Below, piece after piece: positions 38,687 to 48,764 of a DNA stretch of 64,000 nt. The notes beneath the pieces are model-generated. The model searched no databases, was not told the origin of the DNA, and saw only the letters and a program-made list of their open reading frames with translations. Position numbers and translations under genes: made by a program. This DNA comes from an uncultured delta proteobacterium. GTDB lineage: Bacteria; Myxococcota_A; Polyangia; Fen-1088. Every line of letters starts with the position of its first letter. Position 1 is the first letter of the stretch. Location of the stretch: assembly GCA_963796685.1 (NCBI GenBank), contig CAWCMR010000014.1, positions 96,001 to 160,000 of the forward strand, read 5' to 3'.

Positions 38687-40396
38687 ATGCGCGCCATGGC
38701 GACCGTGGGGCTGTTGTTGGCGGCGTGCGCGTCGAGCGGCGGCCATCCCGGGGTCGACGCCGGGGGAGGGCGCGATGGCGATGCCGGGCAGGGCATCGTG
38801 TGGCCGCCTCCCCTCGATCCGCGCGCCGTCGGCACGTTCGACTTGTCCAAGGTCGCGGTCACCGCGTTCAGCCAGACCTCGGTTTCGCAGAGCGATTCGC
38901 AGGTCCTCGCCCTGGCGCCGGATTTGGTGCCGCGAGCGTGGGGGCAGTGGGACAGGTCGGGACTGAGCGCGACGGACTATGGCTTCGGCTACGTGAGCGC
39001 TTGCCGTACGAATGGTACCTTGTTCGTCGGCGGCCTGACGGCGTCCGTGATCTTCGCGGATGAGATGAGCGCGACCGAGTTTGCCGACGAGGTGGGCCGC
39101 AACGCCGCCGGCGGCGAGGTCGCCCACAACGAGATTGTGCCCGGAGCCTTTCGCGGCTCGCTGGCCAGCCCCGGCTTCCGGCAGCTTCTCATCGGCATCG
39201 CCGAGATTCAGATCGATGGCGGCGTCGACGGTTTGTTCTTCGACGAGGTCAACGCCGGCTACAACGGCGCGAGCTACGACGGCAACGAGGGCTTCGACGA
39301 TCACCACGTCGCCGATTTCGGCCGCTTTCTCTGCGCCAGGCACGGTGGCGATTCGGCCGCCCTGGCGGCCTTCGACCTCGTGCCGGCCGACGGGCTCGAC
39401 TGCGCGGCGGCCGATCCTGGCGCGGCTCTCGACTACCGTGGCTACCTGGCCAGGCACGGCTTCCAGAGCGCCCCGCTCGCCTCCTCCAACAAGCTGGTGG
39501 GCGAGTGGGGCACCACGGTGCAGAACCGGCCTGATCCCGCCAAGGGCACCTTCGTCGAGACCTACCCATCCTTGGTCTACTGGCAAGAAATCGTCGTTGC
39601 GGTGCGCAGCTACGCGCGGGAAAAGTACGGCAAGGAGGTGCTCATCACCGCCAACGGCGTCTTCCCCTTCGTGGATTTCCAGAGCGTGGGGCTTTACGAC
39701 TGGAACAAGGACGGCTCGGGCACCAAGGGCTTCGACTACGTACCGGTCGTCGGCACGGCGCCCAACTCCCACCTCGACGGTACTGTCTCCTTCCTGCCGG
39801 TCTTGCAAGCGCTGAAGGATCGCTCCAAGCGCATCGTCGAGGCCGCCGGCGGGCACGAGGTCCCTTTGCTGCTCTTCCTCGACTGGCCGACGGACAACAT
39901 GAATCGCTACTACGACCTTTCGCTCGAGGAGCGCAAGGACTATGTCCGGTTGCGCCTGGCCGAGTCCTCTGCCTTGGGCATGTGGTTCGCCCTGCCGCTC
40001 GCCACCACCACCGATAGCAACACTGCCACCGAGCTGGGGATGATGGACTTCTTCCAGTCGATGCGCGCGTTCTACGGAGGGCACGCGGCTCTCTTCCGCG
40101 GCGGGCATGACAGCGCGGTGACGCCGGAGGTGTCAGCGACCAACGTCGCGGCCCACTTGGTCACCTTCGACGACGGCCGGGCTGTTCTGCACCTGATCAA
40201 CCACAACTACGCGGCGGCCTTCGTGCCGCAGGCCGGGTTTTCAGCCAGCTTCCCGCTTGTGCGGGCGCCGACGTCGGTCACGCTGGCCTCGCCGGACATG
40301 GCCGCGGATACCCCCGCGGTCTTCACCTATGACAGCGGCACGGTGACCGTGGAGATCGGCAGCCTGGTCTCGTCGCTGGTGGTGGTCATGCAATAG
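38687..40396 (+). CDS. Hypothetical lipoprotein with glycoside-hydrolase-like (TIM barrel) features
   Basis: Lipobox LLAAC; GVDGLFFDE; C-terminal beta segment LHLINHNY. Family not recognised. Confidence 0.6.
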   Translation: MRAMATVGLLLAACASSGGHPGVDAGGGRDGDAGQGIVWPPPLDPRAVGTFDLSKVAVTAFSQTSVSQSDSQVLALAPDLVPRAWGQWDRSGLSATDYGFGYVSACRTNGTLFVGGLTASVIFADEMSATEFADEVGRNAAGGEVAHNEIVPGAFRGSLASPGFRQLLIGIAEIQIDGGVDGLFFDEVNAGYNGASYDGNEGFDDHHVADFGRFLCARHGGDSAALAAFDLVPADGLDCAAADPGAALDYRGYLARHGFQSAPLASSNKLVGEWGTTVQNRPDPAKGTFVETYPSLVYWQEIVVAVRSYAREKYGKEVLITANGVFPFVDFQSVGLYDWNKDGSGTKGFDYVPVVGTAPNSHLDGTVSFLPVLQALKDRSKRIVEAAGGHEVPLLLFLDWPTDNMNRYYDLSLEERKDYVRLRLAESSALGMWFALPLATTTDSNTATELGMMDFFQSMRAFYGGHAALFRGGHDSAVTPEVSATNVAAHLVTFDDGRAVLHLINHNYAAAFVPQAGFSASFPLVRAPTSVTLASPDMAADTPAVFTYDSGTVTVEIGSLVSSLVVVMQ

Positions 40397-41162
40397 GCCT
40401 TTTCTCTTCCAACCGTCCCACGAGCCGCAAGAGGCCGTCCAGGATCGTGTACGGGTGGGGTGGGCAGCCGGGGATGTAGAGATCCACCGGCACCACACTG
40501 TCGGCGCCGTTGTGGACCTCGGGATGGTCGAGGAAAGGGCCGCCCGAGATGGCGCACGCGCCGACGGCGATCACGATCTTCGGCGGGGTCAGGGCCGCGT
40601 AGCTCTTTTGCAGCGCAAGCTTCATGTTCTCGCTGACCGGGCCGGTGACGAGCAGCCCGTCGGCGTGTCTCGGCGAGGCCACGAGTTGGATGCCGAAGCG
40701 CCCGAGATCGAAGACCAGGGTGCCGAGCACGTTGATATCGGCCTCGCAAGCGTTGCAGCCGCCGGCGCTCACCTGACGCAGCTTGAGCGAACGGCCGAAC
40801 AGACGCAGCAGACGCTTTTCCAGGGCATGAACAGGCACGGCCTGGCGTCCGTCGACGAGCAACGATTGCCGCGTATTGCCGGCCAGGCGATAGTCCGGGC
40901 CGTGGTGGATGGCGTCGGCAGGACAGGCCTTGGAGCAATCGGTGCAAAAGAGACAGCGGCCGAGATCGACCTTGGGTGCGCCGGCCTCGATGGCGATGGC
41001 ATCGGTGGGGCAGGCATCGACGCAGGCCCGGCAACCGTCGGGACACTTGCTGGCGTCGATGACAGGCAGGCCGCGAAAGCGGTCGGACAGGACGGGCGCC
41101 TCGTTCGGAAAACGCGACGTGCGGTGACCTTGGCGCCAACGTTCAGCGAGGATCTTCAGCAT
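40386..41162 (-). CDS. Ehr/hydrogenase-4-like small subunit: 2[4Fe-4S] ferredoxin fused to NuoB/HyfI-like domain
   Basis: CPDGCRACVDACP, CLFCTDCSKACP, GGCNACE, SPRHADG, GACA, PGCPP. Confidence 0.88.
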   Translation of the reverse strand: MLKILAERWRQGHRTSRFPNEAPVLSDRFRGLPVIDASKCPDGCRACVDACPTDAIAIEAGAPKVDLGRCLFCTDCSKACPADAIHHGPDYRLAGNTRQSLLVDGRQAVPVHALEKRLLRLFGRSLKLRQVSAGGCNACEADINVLGTLVFDLGRFGIQLVASPRHADGLLVTGPVSENMKLALQKSYAALTPPKIVIAVGACAISGGPFLDHPEVHNGADSVVPVDLYIPGCPPHPYTILDGLLRLVGRLEEKRPIA

Positions 41163-41431
41163 GGGATGAGGCTCCTAGAGCACCGAACTGGTTGCGGGTG
41201 CCGAGAAGTTGCTCCGCATGTGCACCCCCCGATCCCCTCGCCCCGCGCAGCGGGGAGAGGGTTAGGGTGAGGGGCTCGCAGGGCCGACCCCTCACCCGCC
41301 TCGCTGCGCTCGGCGACCTCTCCCCGCTGCGCGGGGCGAGGTGGTTTCAGGTCGGGGTTCCCATTACGGTCCCGGTGACCTTGGCGCCAACGTTCAGCGA
41401 GGATCTTCAGCATGGGATGAGGCTCCTAGAG
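41122..41431. repeat. 59-bp exact direct repeat flanking a 192-bp insert with a REP-like palindrome doublet
   Basis: 41122-41180 equals 41373-41431; inside, 41236-41260 and 41317-41341 are exact reverse complements and each is a hairpin; GGGTGAGGGG/CCCCTCACCC also pair. Confidence 0.9.
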
Positions 41432-42946
41432 GTCATGGCCACAGTAGGAGAGGTTGAAGCTCTTGTTGCAGATGGGGAAATCCGAGATCTGCTGGTCGCG
41501 CAGGGCCATGGCAAGTCCCGCCCAGTTGTGGAAGGAGGGATCCACGACTTTGTAGGTCGCGAAACGCCCTTGCGCATCGGTCATGGCCACGTGGCAGATT
41601 TCGCCACGCCAGCCTTCGACGAGGGAAACGCAGAAGTGCTCGGCCCGCAACGCCGCATACTCCACACGGGCAGCTCCGGCGGGAAGCTCCTTCAATTGCG
41701 TGCGCAGGAATTGCACCGAACGTTCGATCTCCAGCCAGCGTAAGAAGGCGCGCGCGAACACGTCGCCGGTATGAAAAGTAGAGATGGGAATGTGCACGAA
41801 CTGGAAGATGCCGAAGGGGTGGTGGGTGCGCACGTCCCGCCGCAGACCGCACGCGCGGGCGGCAGGCCCTACCAGCCCGAGGTCGCGGGCGGTCTCCTCG
41901 CTGACCCGGCCCACATCCTCGAAGCGCGCCTGCACCGAGCCGGTGTGCCACAGCAGCTTGGCCGCGCCTTGCACGTCTCGATACGTGGCTTCCAATCGTT
42001 CCTGGACCTGGGCCACGCGCGCGCCGTCGACATCGAAGCCAAGGCCGCCCGGCCGAATCAGGCCGCGGCCGAATCGACTGCCGCACAGGAGCGCCGTGAT
42101 GTTGAGGAAGTCGCCGCGCAGGCGCCCGCAGAACGAGGCGGTGGGTAGGTACCCGATGTCCCCGGCCAGGGCCCCTAAATCGCCGGTGTGATTGGCCAGA
42201 CGCTCGAGCTCGAGGGCGACAGCTCGCAGGGCCATGGCGCGGGCCGAGGGGCGGCTGCCGGCCAGGCTTTCCAGGGCCTGGCAGTAGGCGCTGGCGTGTC
42301 CCACCGTGGTGTCGCCAGCCAGGGTTTCCATGTGATGGATGGTGCGTTTGCTCGGTCCACCGGCCAGGGTCTTCTCGATGCCGCGGTGTTGGTAGCCGAG
42401 GGAGATCTCCAGGTGAAAGACGTGCTCGCCGTGGCACTGAAAACGGAAGTGGCCGGGCTCGATGACGCCGGCATGCACCGGGCCTACCGCCACCTCGTGA
42501 ACTTCCTCGCCTTCGACGCGATAGAAGTCGGTCACGCCCACCACGCGGGGCTCGCCCTCGGGGCGGCCAAAGGCGTCGGGACCTGGCCGGTAGGCGGCGT
42601 GGAAGCGCACCGGCTTCCACCAGGGATGTCCCTCGGGGATCAGCCCCCACTGCTCGCCGAGCTCGCGCTCGAACATGTGGACTTGCGGACATTCTACGGT
42701 CATGGAAGGAAATCTGTTTCCTTCGACGACGGTCCGCGCGGCCTCCAGCACGCCGTCGTGGTCGCACGCCAGCACGGCGAAAAGCTCGATGGCGGCGCCC
42801 GCGGGGCGGCCGAACAGGGCGACCACGCGCCGATTGCGCGCAGGGGCGGCGATGACTGTTTCGCGAAGCTCGTTCAACGGCAGTTGCGGGATCTGGCGCG
42901 TCGGCACCGAGAGCCCGTTGCGCAGCGCAAACCAGCGGGTGCTCAT
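41426..42946 (-). CDS. Ehr/hydrogenase-4-like large subunit (NuoC+D/HyfG-like) lacking NiFe CxxC motifs
   Basis: FEREL, VGPVHAGVIEPGHFRF, LGYQHRGIE, ETLAGD where RxCxxC is expected, EGWRGE, DFPICNKSFNLSYCGHDL in place of DPCxxC. Confidence 0.88.
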   Translation of the reverse strand: MSTRWFALRNGLSVPTRQIPQLPLNELRETVIAAPARNRRVVALFGRPAGAAIELFAVLACDHDGVLEAARTVVEGNRFPSMTVECPQVHMFERELGEQWGLIPEGHPWWKPVRFHAAYRPGPDAFGRPEGEPRVVGVTDFYRVEGEEVHEVAVGPVHAGVIEPGHFRFQCHGEHVFHLEISLGYQHRGIEKTLAGGPSKRTIHHMETLAGDTTVGHASAYCQALESLAGSRPSARAMALRAVALELERLANHTGDLGALAGDIGYLPTASFCGRLRGDFLNITALLCGSRFGRGLIRPGGLGFDVDGARVAQVQERLEATYRDVQGAAKLLWHTGSVQARFEDVGRVSEETARDLGLVGPAARACGLRRDVRTHHPFGIFQFVHIPISTFHTGDVFARAFLRWLEIERSVQFLRTQLKELPAGAARVEYAALRAEHFCVSLVEGWRGEICHVAMTDAQGRFATYKVVDPSFHNWAGLAMALRDQQISDFPICNKSFNLSYCGHDL

Positions 42947-44379
42947 GGTTTCATCTCGATGAAGCTCGCCGCCTGCATAAGGGCGTTCCCTATCGCCGGT
43001 GGAATGTACACGCCGAGCAGCAACACCAAGCCCAGGAACGCGACGATGGGGGCCACGGTGAGAAAACCGTCCTTGTAGGCGGTGGCGCTCGCCTTGGACG
43101 AGGGCTCGCCTTGGACCACCGCGAACACGGTCGAGCTCATGCCCACGAAGACGACGAAGAGCATGAACAAGAACCCTCCCGCAATCCAGAAGCGTCCCCC
43201 GACGATGGCCGCGCGCAGAATGGTGAATTCGCTGAAGAAGAGCCCGAAGGGCGGCGTGGCGGTGACGGCCAGAAAGCCGGCCAGGAAGAGCACGCCGGTG
43301 ATGGGGAGGCGGCGGATGGCGCCCCCGACGTCCTCGACGCGCTTGCTGCCGTAGGCGCGGTGGATGTTCGCCGCGGACAGGAAGAGCACGCCCTCGGTCA
43401 GACCGTTGTTGATGAGGTGGAGCAACGAGCCGAAGATGCCCGCGCCACCGATGCCGATGCCCAGCACCAGGATGCCCATGTGCTCGACGCTGGAATAGGC
43501 GAGCATGCGCTTGTAGTCGCGTTGGCGCACCATGAATACGGCGGCGACCGCCATGGAGAAAAGCCCGATGGTGACCATCATGCTGCGGGCAAAGGCCACG
43601 TCGTGCGCGGCCGTGCAGATTTGAAAGAAGCGCAGGATCGCGAGAAAGGCCGCCGCGGTCAGTCCCGCCGCGAGCAGTGCCCCGACGAGACCGGGGGCTT
43701 CGCCGTAGGCATCGGGTTTCCACGTGTGCATGGGGGCAAGTCCCATCTTGGTGCCATAGCCGACGAACAGCAGAATGAAGGCGGAGCGCAGCCAGGGGTG
43801 TGAAAGGTGTGGAGCCTCACGCACGAGATCGCGGAAGAACAGCGACGTGCTCATGCCGCCGCGGAGGGCGGAGTAGGCGAGAAAATACGAACCGAGCAGC
43901 GCCAGCGCGATGCCCACCGAGCCGATGAGCATGTATTTCCAGGTGGCCTCGAGCGAGCGGGGATTCTGGTTGAAATAGAGCAGCGGCGCCGAGCTCAAGG
44001 TACAGGCTTCGACGGCCACCCACATGAGGCCGAGATGCTGCGCCTCGACCGCCAGGGTCAGCATGGCGAGGAACGCGAGCAGGCTGGCGGTGAAGACGCG
44101 GTTGGGCTGGGTCGGGCGCGACACCAGGTACCCGCGCGCATACACCGAGCAAAGAAAGAAGAGCACGCTCAGAAAACCCAGCACCACCCTGTTGAGCGGA
44201 TCCAGCCCCAGCCAGGCACCTTCGGCGGCAGGCTCCTTGCCAAGCAGGACGACGGCGGTCCCGAGCAGATGGAGCGCCCCTCCCATCGGCAAGAGCCACG
44301 GGCGCTCGAGGTTGGAGCGGACGGCGAAGGCCAGACCGCCGAGGAGCAAGGGGACGAGCACCAACGACAGCAACAACAT
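42943..44379 (-). CDS. hyfF: Proton-translocating membrane subunit, HyfF-like
   Basis: LMWVAVE, SLEATWKY, GYGTKMGLAPMHTWKPDAYGEAP, KRMLAYSSVEHMG. Confidence 0.85.
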   Translation of the reverse strand: MLLLSLVLVPLLLGGLAFAVRSNLERPWLLPMGGALHLLGTAVVLLGKEPAAEGAWLGLDPLNRVVLGFLSVLFFLCSVYARGYLVSRPTQPNRVFTASLLAFLAMLTLAVEAQHLGLMWVAVEACTLSSAPLLYFNQNPRSLEATWKYMLIGSVGIALALLGSYFLAYSALRGGMSTSLFFRDLVREAPHLSHPWLRSAFILLFVGYGTKMGLAPMHTWKPDAYGEAPGLVGALLAAGLTAAAFLAILRFFQICTAAHDVAFARSMMVTIGLFSMAVAAVFMVRQRDYKRMLAYSSVEHMGILVLGIGIGGAGIFGSLLHLINNGLTEGVLFLSAANIHRAYGSKRVEDVGGAIRRLPITGVLFLAGFLAVTATPPFGLFFSEFTILRAAIVGGRFWIAGGFLFMLFVVFVGMSSTVFAVVQGEPSSKASATAYKDGFLTVAPIVAFLGLVLLLGVYIPPAIGNALMQAASFIEMKP

Positions 44380-44385
44380 CGCCCG

Positions 44386-45027
44386 CTACTCCTTGAGCGC
44401 GCTCAAGTGCGCCGTGTCCAGCGACGAAAATTCGCGGCGGATGTGGTTGAGGATGATGCCCATGACGAAGATGCCGACGAACAGATCGAGCAGGACGCCC
44501 ATTTCGACCATGAAGGGCATGGCCTGCAGAAGCGTGAGCCCCATGATGTAAATGCCGTTCTCCAAGATCAGGTAGCCGACGACCTGGTTGATGGCCTTGC
44601 GCCGGGTGGTGAGCACGAGAAACCCGGTCCACACCGTGGCCATGGCGGCCGGAACGAGCAAGGAGCCGAGGTGTTCCTTGGCCAGCGGCAAGGTGCGGGC
44701 AAAGATCAGCGCTGCGCCCGTCCCCAGGGCCCCGAGCAGCAGGCAGGGCACGAAGCCGATGAAGGGCTCGACCTCGCGGCGGATGGCGGAGTCGCGGATG
44801 GCGCGCAGGAGCATGCCTGGAATCAGCACGCCCTTGACCAGGATGGTGCCGATGGTGATGAGCACCATCCACGTGCTGAACCCTTCGTGCGCGCACAGGG
44901 TGAGGATGCCCAGGAGCACGCCTTGGGCGGCCGAGGCGTTGACCACGGCTTGCACGCGGCTGGTACCGAGCAGAAACAGGTTGAAGAGCAGGACGACGAC
45001 GAGCAGGGGACCGACGAGATGGTGCAT
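44386..45027 (-). CDS. hyfE: Membrane subunit, HyfE-like
   Basis: Multi-TM; QVVGYLILENGI, VEMGVLLD; position in the operon. Confidence 0.82.
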   Translation of the reverse strand: MHHLVGPLLVVVLLFNLFLLGTSRVQAVVNASAAQGVLLGILTLCAHEGFSTWMVLITIGTILVKGVLIPGMLLRAIRDSAIRREVEPFIGFVPCLLLGALGTGAALIFARTLPLAKEHLGSLLVPAAMATVWTGFLVLTTRRKAINQVVGYLILENGIYIMGLTLLQAMPFMVEMGVLLDLFVGIFVMGIILNHIRREFSSLDTAHLSALKE

Positions 45028-45033
45028 GGTTGG

Positions 45034-45945
45034 TTACCTCGCCACCAGGACGATGCCGAGCGCGGAGAGCAGGCACGCGGCCAGGAGAAAGATCGGGACT
45101 TGCGCCATCCTGAGCCTGGCCATGGTCGATTCCACCACCCCGACGAGCACGGCGAGCAGGATCATGCCGGCGGCGAAAACGCCCCAGCCGGCCCAAGGAT
45201 TTCCGCTGTAGGGGATGGCGATGCGAACCACCAGCGAGCCGAGGACGAACAGCTTCAGGGCCGACGCATATTCAATCAAGCCGAGGGCAGGACCGCCGTG
45301 GTCCAGCACCATGACCTCGTGGATCATGGTCAGCTCGAGGTGGGTGTTGGGATCGTCGACGGGAATGCGGCAGCTTTCGGCCAGAAGGACGATGAATAGG
45401 CTGAAGCCGACCAAGACCAGGGACGCACCACCATGGTGCCACGCCAGGCCCAGGCCCGGGCCGATCATGGTCGAGAGCGACAGCGAGCCGGAAAGGCGGG
45501 TCAGCACGATCAGCCCGAAGAAGAGCGCGGGCTCGCTGAGGCACGAGAAGGTCACTTCGCGGGCGCCCCCCATGCCCTCGAAGGCCGAGCCGGTATCGAG
45601 CGCCGCGGCCACGGTGAAGAAGCGTCCCAAGCCGAAGAGGTAGGCGAAGAGCACCAGGTCGCCCTCGAACGAAACCGGGGCGCCATGGCCGCCGAGCGGA
45701 ACCAGCGCGGCGGCGAACAGGGCGGTCACCAGGCCGACGACCGGGCCGGCCTTGAAGACCCAGGTCGTGGTTCGGCTGAACACCGAGCCCTTGCGCAGAA
45801 GTTTGAGGACGTCGAAATAGGGCTGCAGCAGCGGCGGCCCGACCCGTCCGGCGAAGGCGGCCTTGGTCTTGCCGATGATCCCGAGCAGCAGAAGCGGCAT
45901 GGCGAGCAGCAGGACGGCGTGAATGGTGAAGTGGATCTCGTTCAA
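45034..45945 (-). CDS. hyfC: NuoH/HyfC-like membrane subunit
   Basis: GRVGPPLLQPYFD, ALDTGSAFEGMGGARE, RIPVDDPNTHLELTMIHEVM; TTG start at 45945. Confidence 0.85.
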   Translation of the reverse strand: MNEIHFTIHAVLLLAMPLLLLGIIGKTKAAFAGRVGPPLLQPYFDVLKLLRKGSVFSRTTTWVFKAGPVVGLVTALFAAALVPLGGHGAPVSFEGDLVLFAYLFGLGRFFTVAAALDTGSAFEGMGGAREVTFSCLSEPALFFGLIVLTRLSGSLSLSTMIGPGLGLAWHHGGASLVLVGFSLFIVLLAESCRIPVDDPNTHLELTMIHEVMVLDHGGPALGLIEYASALKLFVLGSLVVRIAIPYSGNPWAGWGVFAAGMILLAVLVGVVESTMARLRMAQVPIFLLAACLLSALGIVLVAR

Positions 45946-45953
45946 GACGTCCC

Positions 45954-47919
45954 CTACCGCCAGAAGAACAGCACGAGCAAGGTGATGAGGATGTAGAGCA
46001 GGTAAGCCTGCGTGCTCCCGCGCTGAACCCACCTGAACCAGCGCACGGAGCGGCTTCCAAGCTCGGCGGCGGGGATCAAGATGCTGTCGAGAACGACATC
46101 GGCCACATTGCTGGCAAAGGCCTCGGGACGCGGAAACAAGCCGCGGGTATCGGGCTTATTGATCTTGGGGCGCAGGGCGAAGGAGAAGAGACCGACCAGG
46201 GTCTGGGCGAACGACGACGACGAATACTGCATGGTGGGGCCTGGGGCGACGTAGCCACAATCCCAGGTGCCAACCTGGTCGGCCGGCTTTTTGCGCAAGT
46301 TGCGGCGAACCAGGGCGGCGGCGAGGAGCAGGGCGCCGAGCAAAAGCGCGCCGAGGAGGGAAACCCAGCTCGAGCGGCGCCAGCACCGCCAGGCGCTGCC
46401 CTGGCATCTCAGGCGCCCACGCGCGCACGGCCCCATCCAGCATGGGCGCAACCACCCAGGGCAGGAGCCCGACCAGGAAGCACAACCCGGCCAGCACCGC
46501 CATGGGAACGAGGAGCTGGCGACTCGATTCGCTGGCGCCGGCGGTGCGCTCGGAGCGTGGCTCGCCGAGGAACATGGCCCCGTGGACCTTGACGAAGCAG
46601 GCCAGGGCCAAGGCTCCGATGAGCGCCAGCGTGGGCGCCCCGAGCGCGCCGGTCAGCCACAGCGTCCCCTGGGGCAGGGCCGCGGACCGGAACAACCCGA
46701 GATAAACCAGAAGCTCGCTGATGAAGCCATTGAGCGGGGGCAGGCCGCAGATCGCCACGGCGCCGACGAGAAAGCCGAGGGCCGTCCACGGCATGCGCTT
46801 GGCAAGCCCCCCGAGCTCGTCGATCTCGCGCGTGTGGGTCGCGTGCAGCACGGAGCCGGCCGACAGGAAGAGCAGACCCTTGAACAGGCCGTGGTTCCAC
46901 ACGTGAAGAAGCGCCCCACCCAGGCCCAGCGCAACGAGGATGGGGTTGCCGAGCGAGCGTCCCAGCATGGCCACGCCGAGCCCCATGCAGATGATGCCGA
47001 TGTTCTCCACGCTGTGGTAGGCGAGCAGGCGCTTGAAATCGTGCTGGCTGATGGCGAACGCCACGCCGAGGACTCCGGACACGCCGCCCAGTAGCAACAC
47101 CAGCTCGCCCCACCACAGGGGAGGATGGGGGAACAGCGCGAACACGCGCACGAGCCCGTAGATGCCCATCTTGATCATCACGCCCGACATGAGGGCGGAG
47201 ACGTGGCTGGGCGCATTGGCGTGCGCGCCGGGCAACCAGACGTGCATGGGCATCACGCCGGCCTTGAGACCGAACCCGACGATGGCGAGCAGCAGAATGG
47301 CGGTGGCCGAGCCGGGGCCGATGGGCACGCCCGGGGCGAAGTCGAACGTGCCCGTGGCGGCGAAGAGCACGGCGAACAGGGCGAACAGGCACAGCGTGGC
47401 CAGCCGCGTGGCCACCATGTAGACATAGCCGACCTCGCGCACGGCACGCCGATCGTCCTCTGCCGCCAGGCTCGGAAACGCCGCCAGCGCCATGATCTCC
47501 CAGCTCACCAGGAACAGCATGGTGTTGCGCGCGCACACCATCAGCGCCATGCCCGCGGTGAGGAGCCCGTAGAACAGACGCAGCTTCCTGCCGTCGCGCG
47601 GGTGATCCGCCTGTTTCCAGTAGCCGAGCCCGTACACGGAGCCGAGGGCGGAGATGAGGAAGATCTGAACCACGAAGAGCGCGGAAATGCCGTCCACGCG
47701 AACCGCGAAGCGGCCTCCCGGTACGTGCCAGCCCAGGTCGATTCCGGCGGACGGCCGGGCCATGGCCAGCGCCGCGCCGGCGATGCCGCACAGGGCGCCG
47801 AGGATCATCAGGACCGCGGCGGCGCGCTCGCCCTTGCTGCCTCTTCGATCTTCCCACAACCCGGGGACACCACTTGCGGCGGCGAAGATCGTTCCGGCGA
47901 TGACGAGCCACTCGGTCAT
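45954..47919 (-). CDS. hyfB: Antiporter-like subunit, HyfB-like, frameshift near 46371
   Basis: FLVSWEIM, KAGVMPMHVWLPGAHANAPSHVSALMSG, KRLLAYHSVENIG, GLPPLNGFISE, then TWDCGY..MQYSSSSFA in the next frame. Confidence 0.85.
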
Positions 47920-47941
47920 GGGAAAAGTAGAAGGCCCATGG

Positions 47942-48625
47942 TCAGCCGCGAGTGGCAAGCGGCAGGGCCGCCTCGACCCTCCCGGCCTCGCGCAAGATCT
48001 CTTCCGCCGAAGCGCGGCGGAGGACGGCATCCTTGAACCCCGGATCGCGAAGCGCGGTGCTCAATTTCGCCAGGGTGTGCAGGTGCCCGCGCACGGTGGC
48101 GCTGATCATGAGGAAGAGGGTGTGAACCGGGCTGCCGTCAATGGCGCAGAAGTCCACCGGCCGCTCCAGAAAGCAAAGCGAGATCGATGCCGAGCCTCCG
48201 CCCACGACGATGGGGTGGCGCACGTGGGGGATGGCGATGCCGTCGCCGATGCCGGTGGAGCCTGTCGCCTCGCGCGCCAGCAGAACCTGAACCAGGGTTT
48301 CTTTCTCGACCTCGGGCAAGGGCACGACGTCGAGCACCGCGCGCAACACCGACATCCGATCCGTGCCGCCGATGTGGTGATGAACGCCGCCCGTGCCCAG
48401 GCTGGCCACCAGGGTGGGAAAGCTCGCGTCACCCTCGTCCTCGATGAACTGCTCGACCGCGACGGGCAGGTGGCGAGCGGTCGCCCACTCGAGCAGCTCG
48501 GTGCGGTTGAAGCGGGGCTGATCGTGGAACCAGTTGCACGCAAGCTCGCCCTCATCGATCCAGCGATAGATCTGCTTGGGGGGCGTGCGAAGCAGTGACG
48601 CCACGTCTGCAACCGTCAGGTGCAT
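47942..48625 (-). CDS. Excisionase-type HTH - PTS EIIA(Ntr)-like fusion
   Basis: LTVADVASLL..IYRWI..RFNRTELLEW; REATGSTGIGDGIAIPH. Confidence 0.88.
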   Translation of the reverse strand: MHLTVADVASLLRTPPKQIYRWIDEGELACNWFHDQPRFNRTELLEWATARHLPVAVEQFIEDEGDASFPTLVASLGTGGVHHHIGGTDRMSVLRAVLDVVPLPEVEKETLVQVLLAREATGSTGIGDGIAIPHVRHPIVVGGGSASISLCFLERPVDFCAIDGSPVHTLFLMISATVRGHLHTLAKLSTALRDPGFKDAVLRRASAEEILREAGRVEAALPLATRG

Positions 48626-48680
48626 CTCGTTCCGTTCGGCAGACTTCCGCAATCCATGAACAGCGCGCTGGGACTCTTAC

Positions 48681-48735
48681 GCACGTACTTCCTCGAAATC
48701 GGACGTAAGTTTACGTACTTTTACGACAGTGTCAA
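48681..48735 (-). promoter_or_regulatory. sigma70-like promoter overlapped by 10-bp-phased direct repeats
   Basis: Minus strand TTGACA (48735-48730)-N16-TAAACT (48713-48708); plus-strand decamers GCACGTACTT, CCTCGAAATC, GGACGTAAGT, TTACGTACTT, TTACGACAGT. Confidence 0.6.
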
Positions 48736-48764
48736 GACTCGCCGGCCCGTTGGCCGCCGGTTGG

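Noticed and set aside
41426-42946. Call as a NiFe hydrogenase or formate hydrogenlyase
   Set aside because: Ni-binding motifs are absent and there are no fdh or hyp genes in the window.
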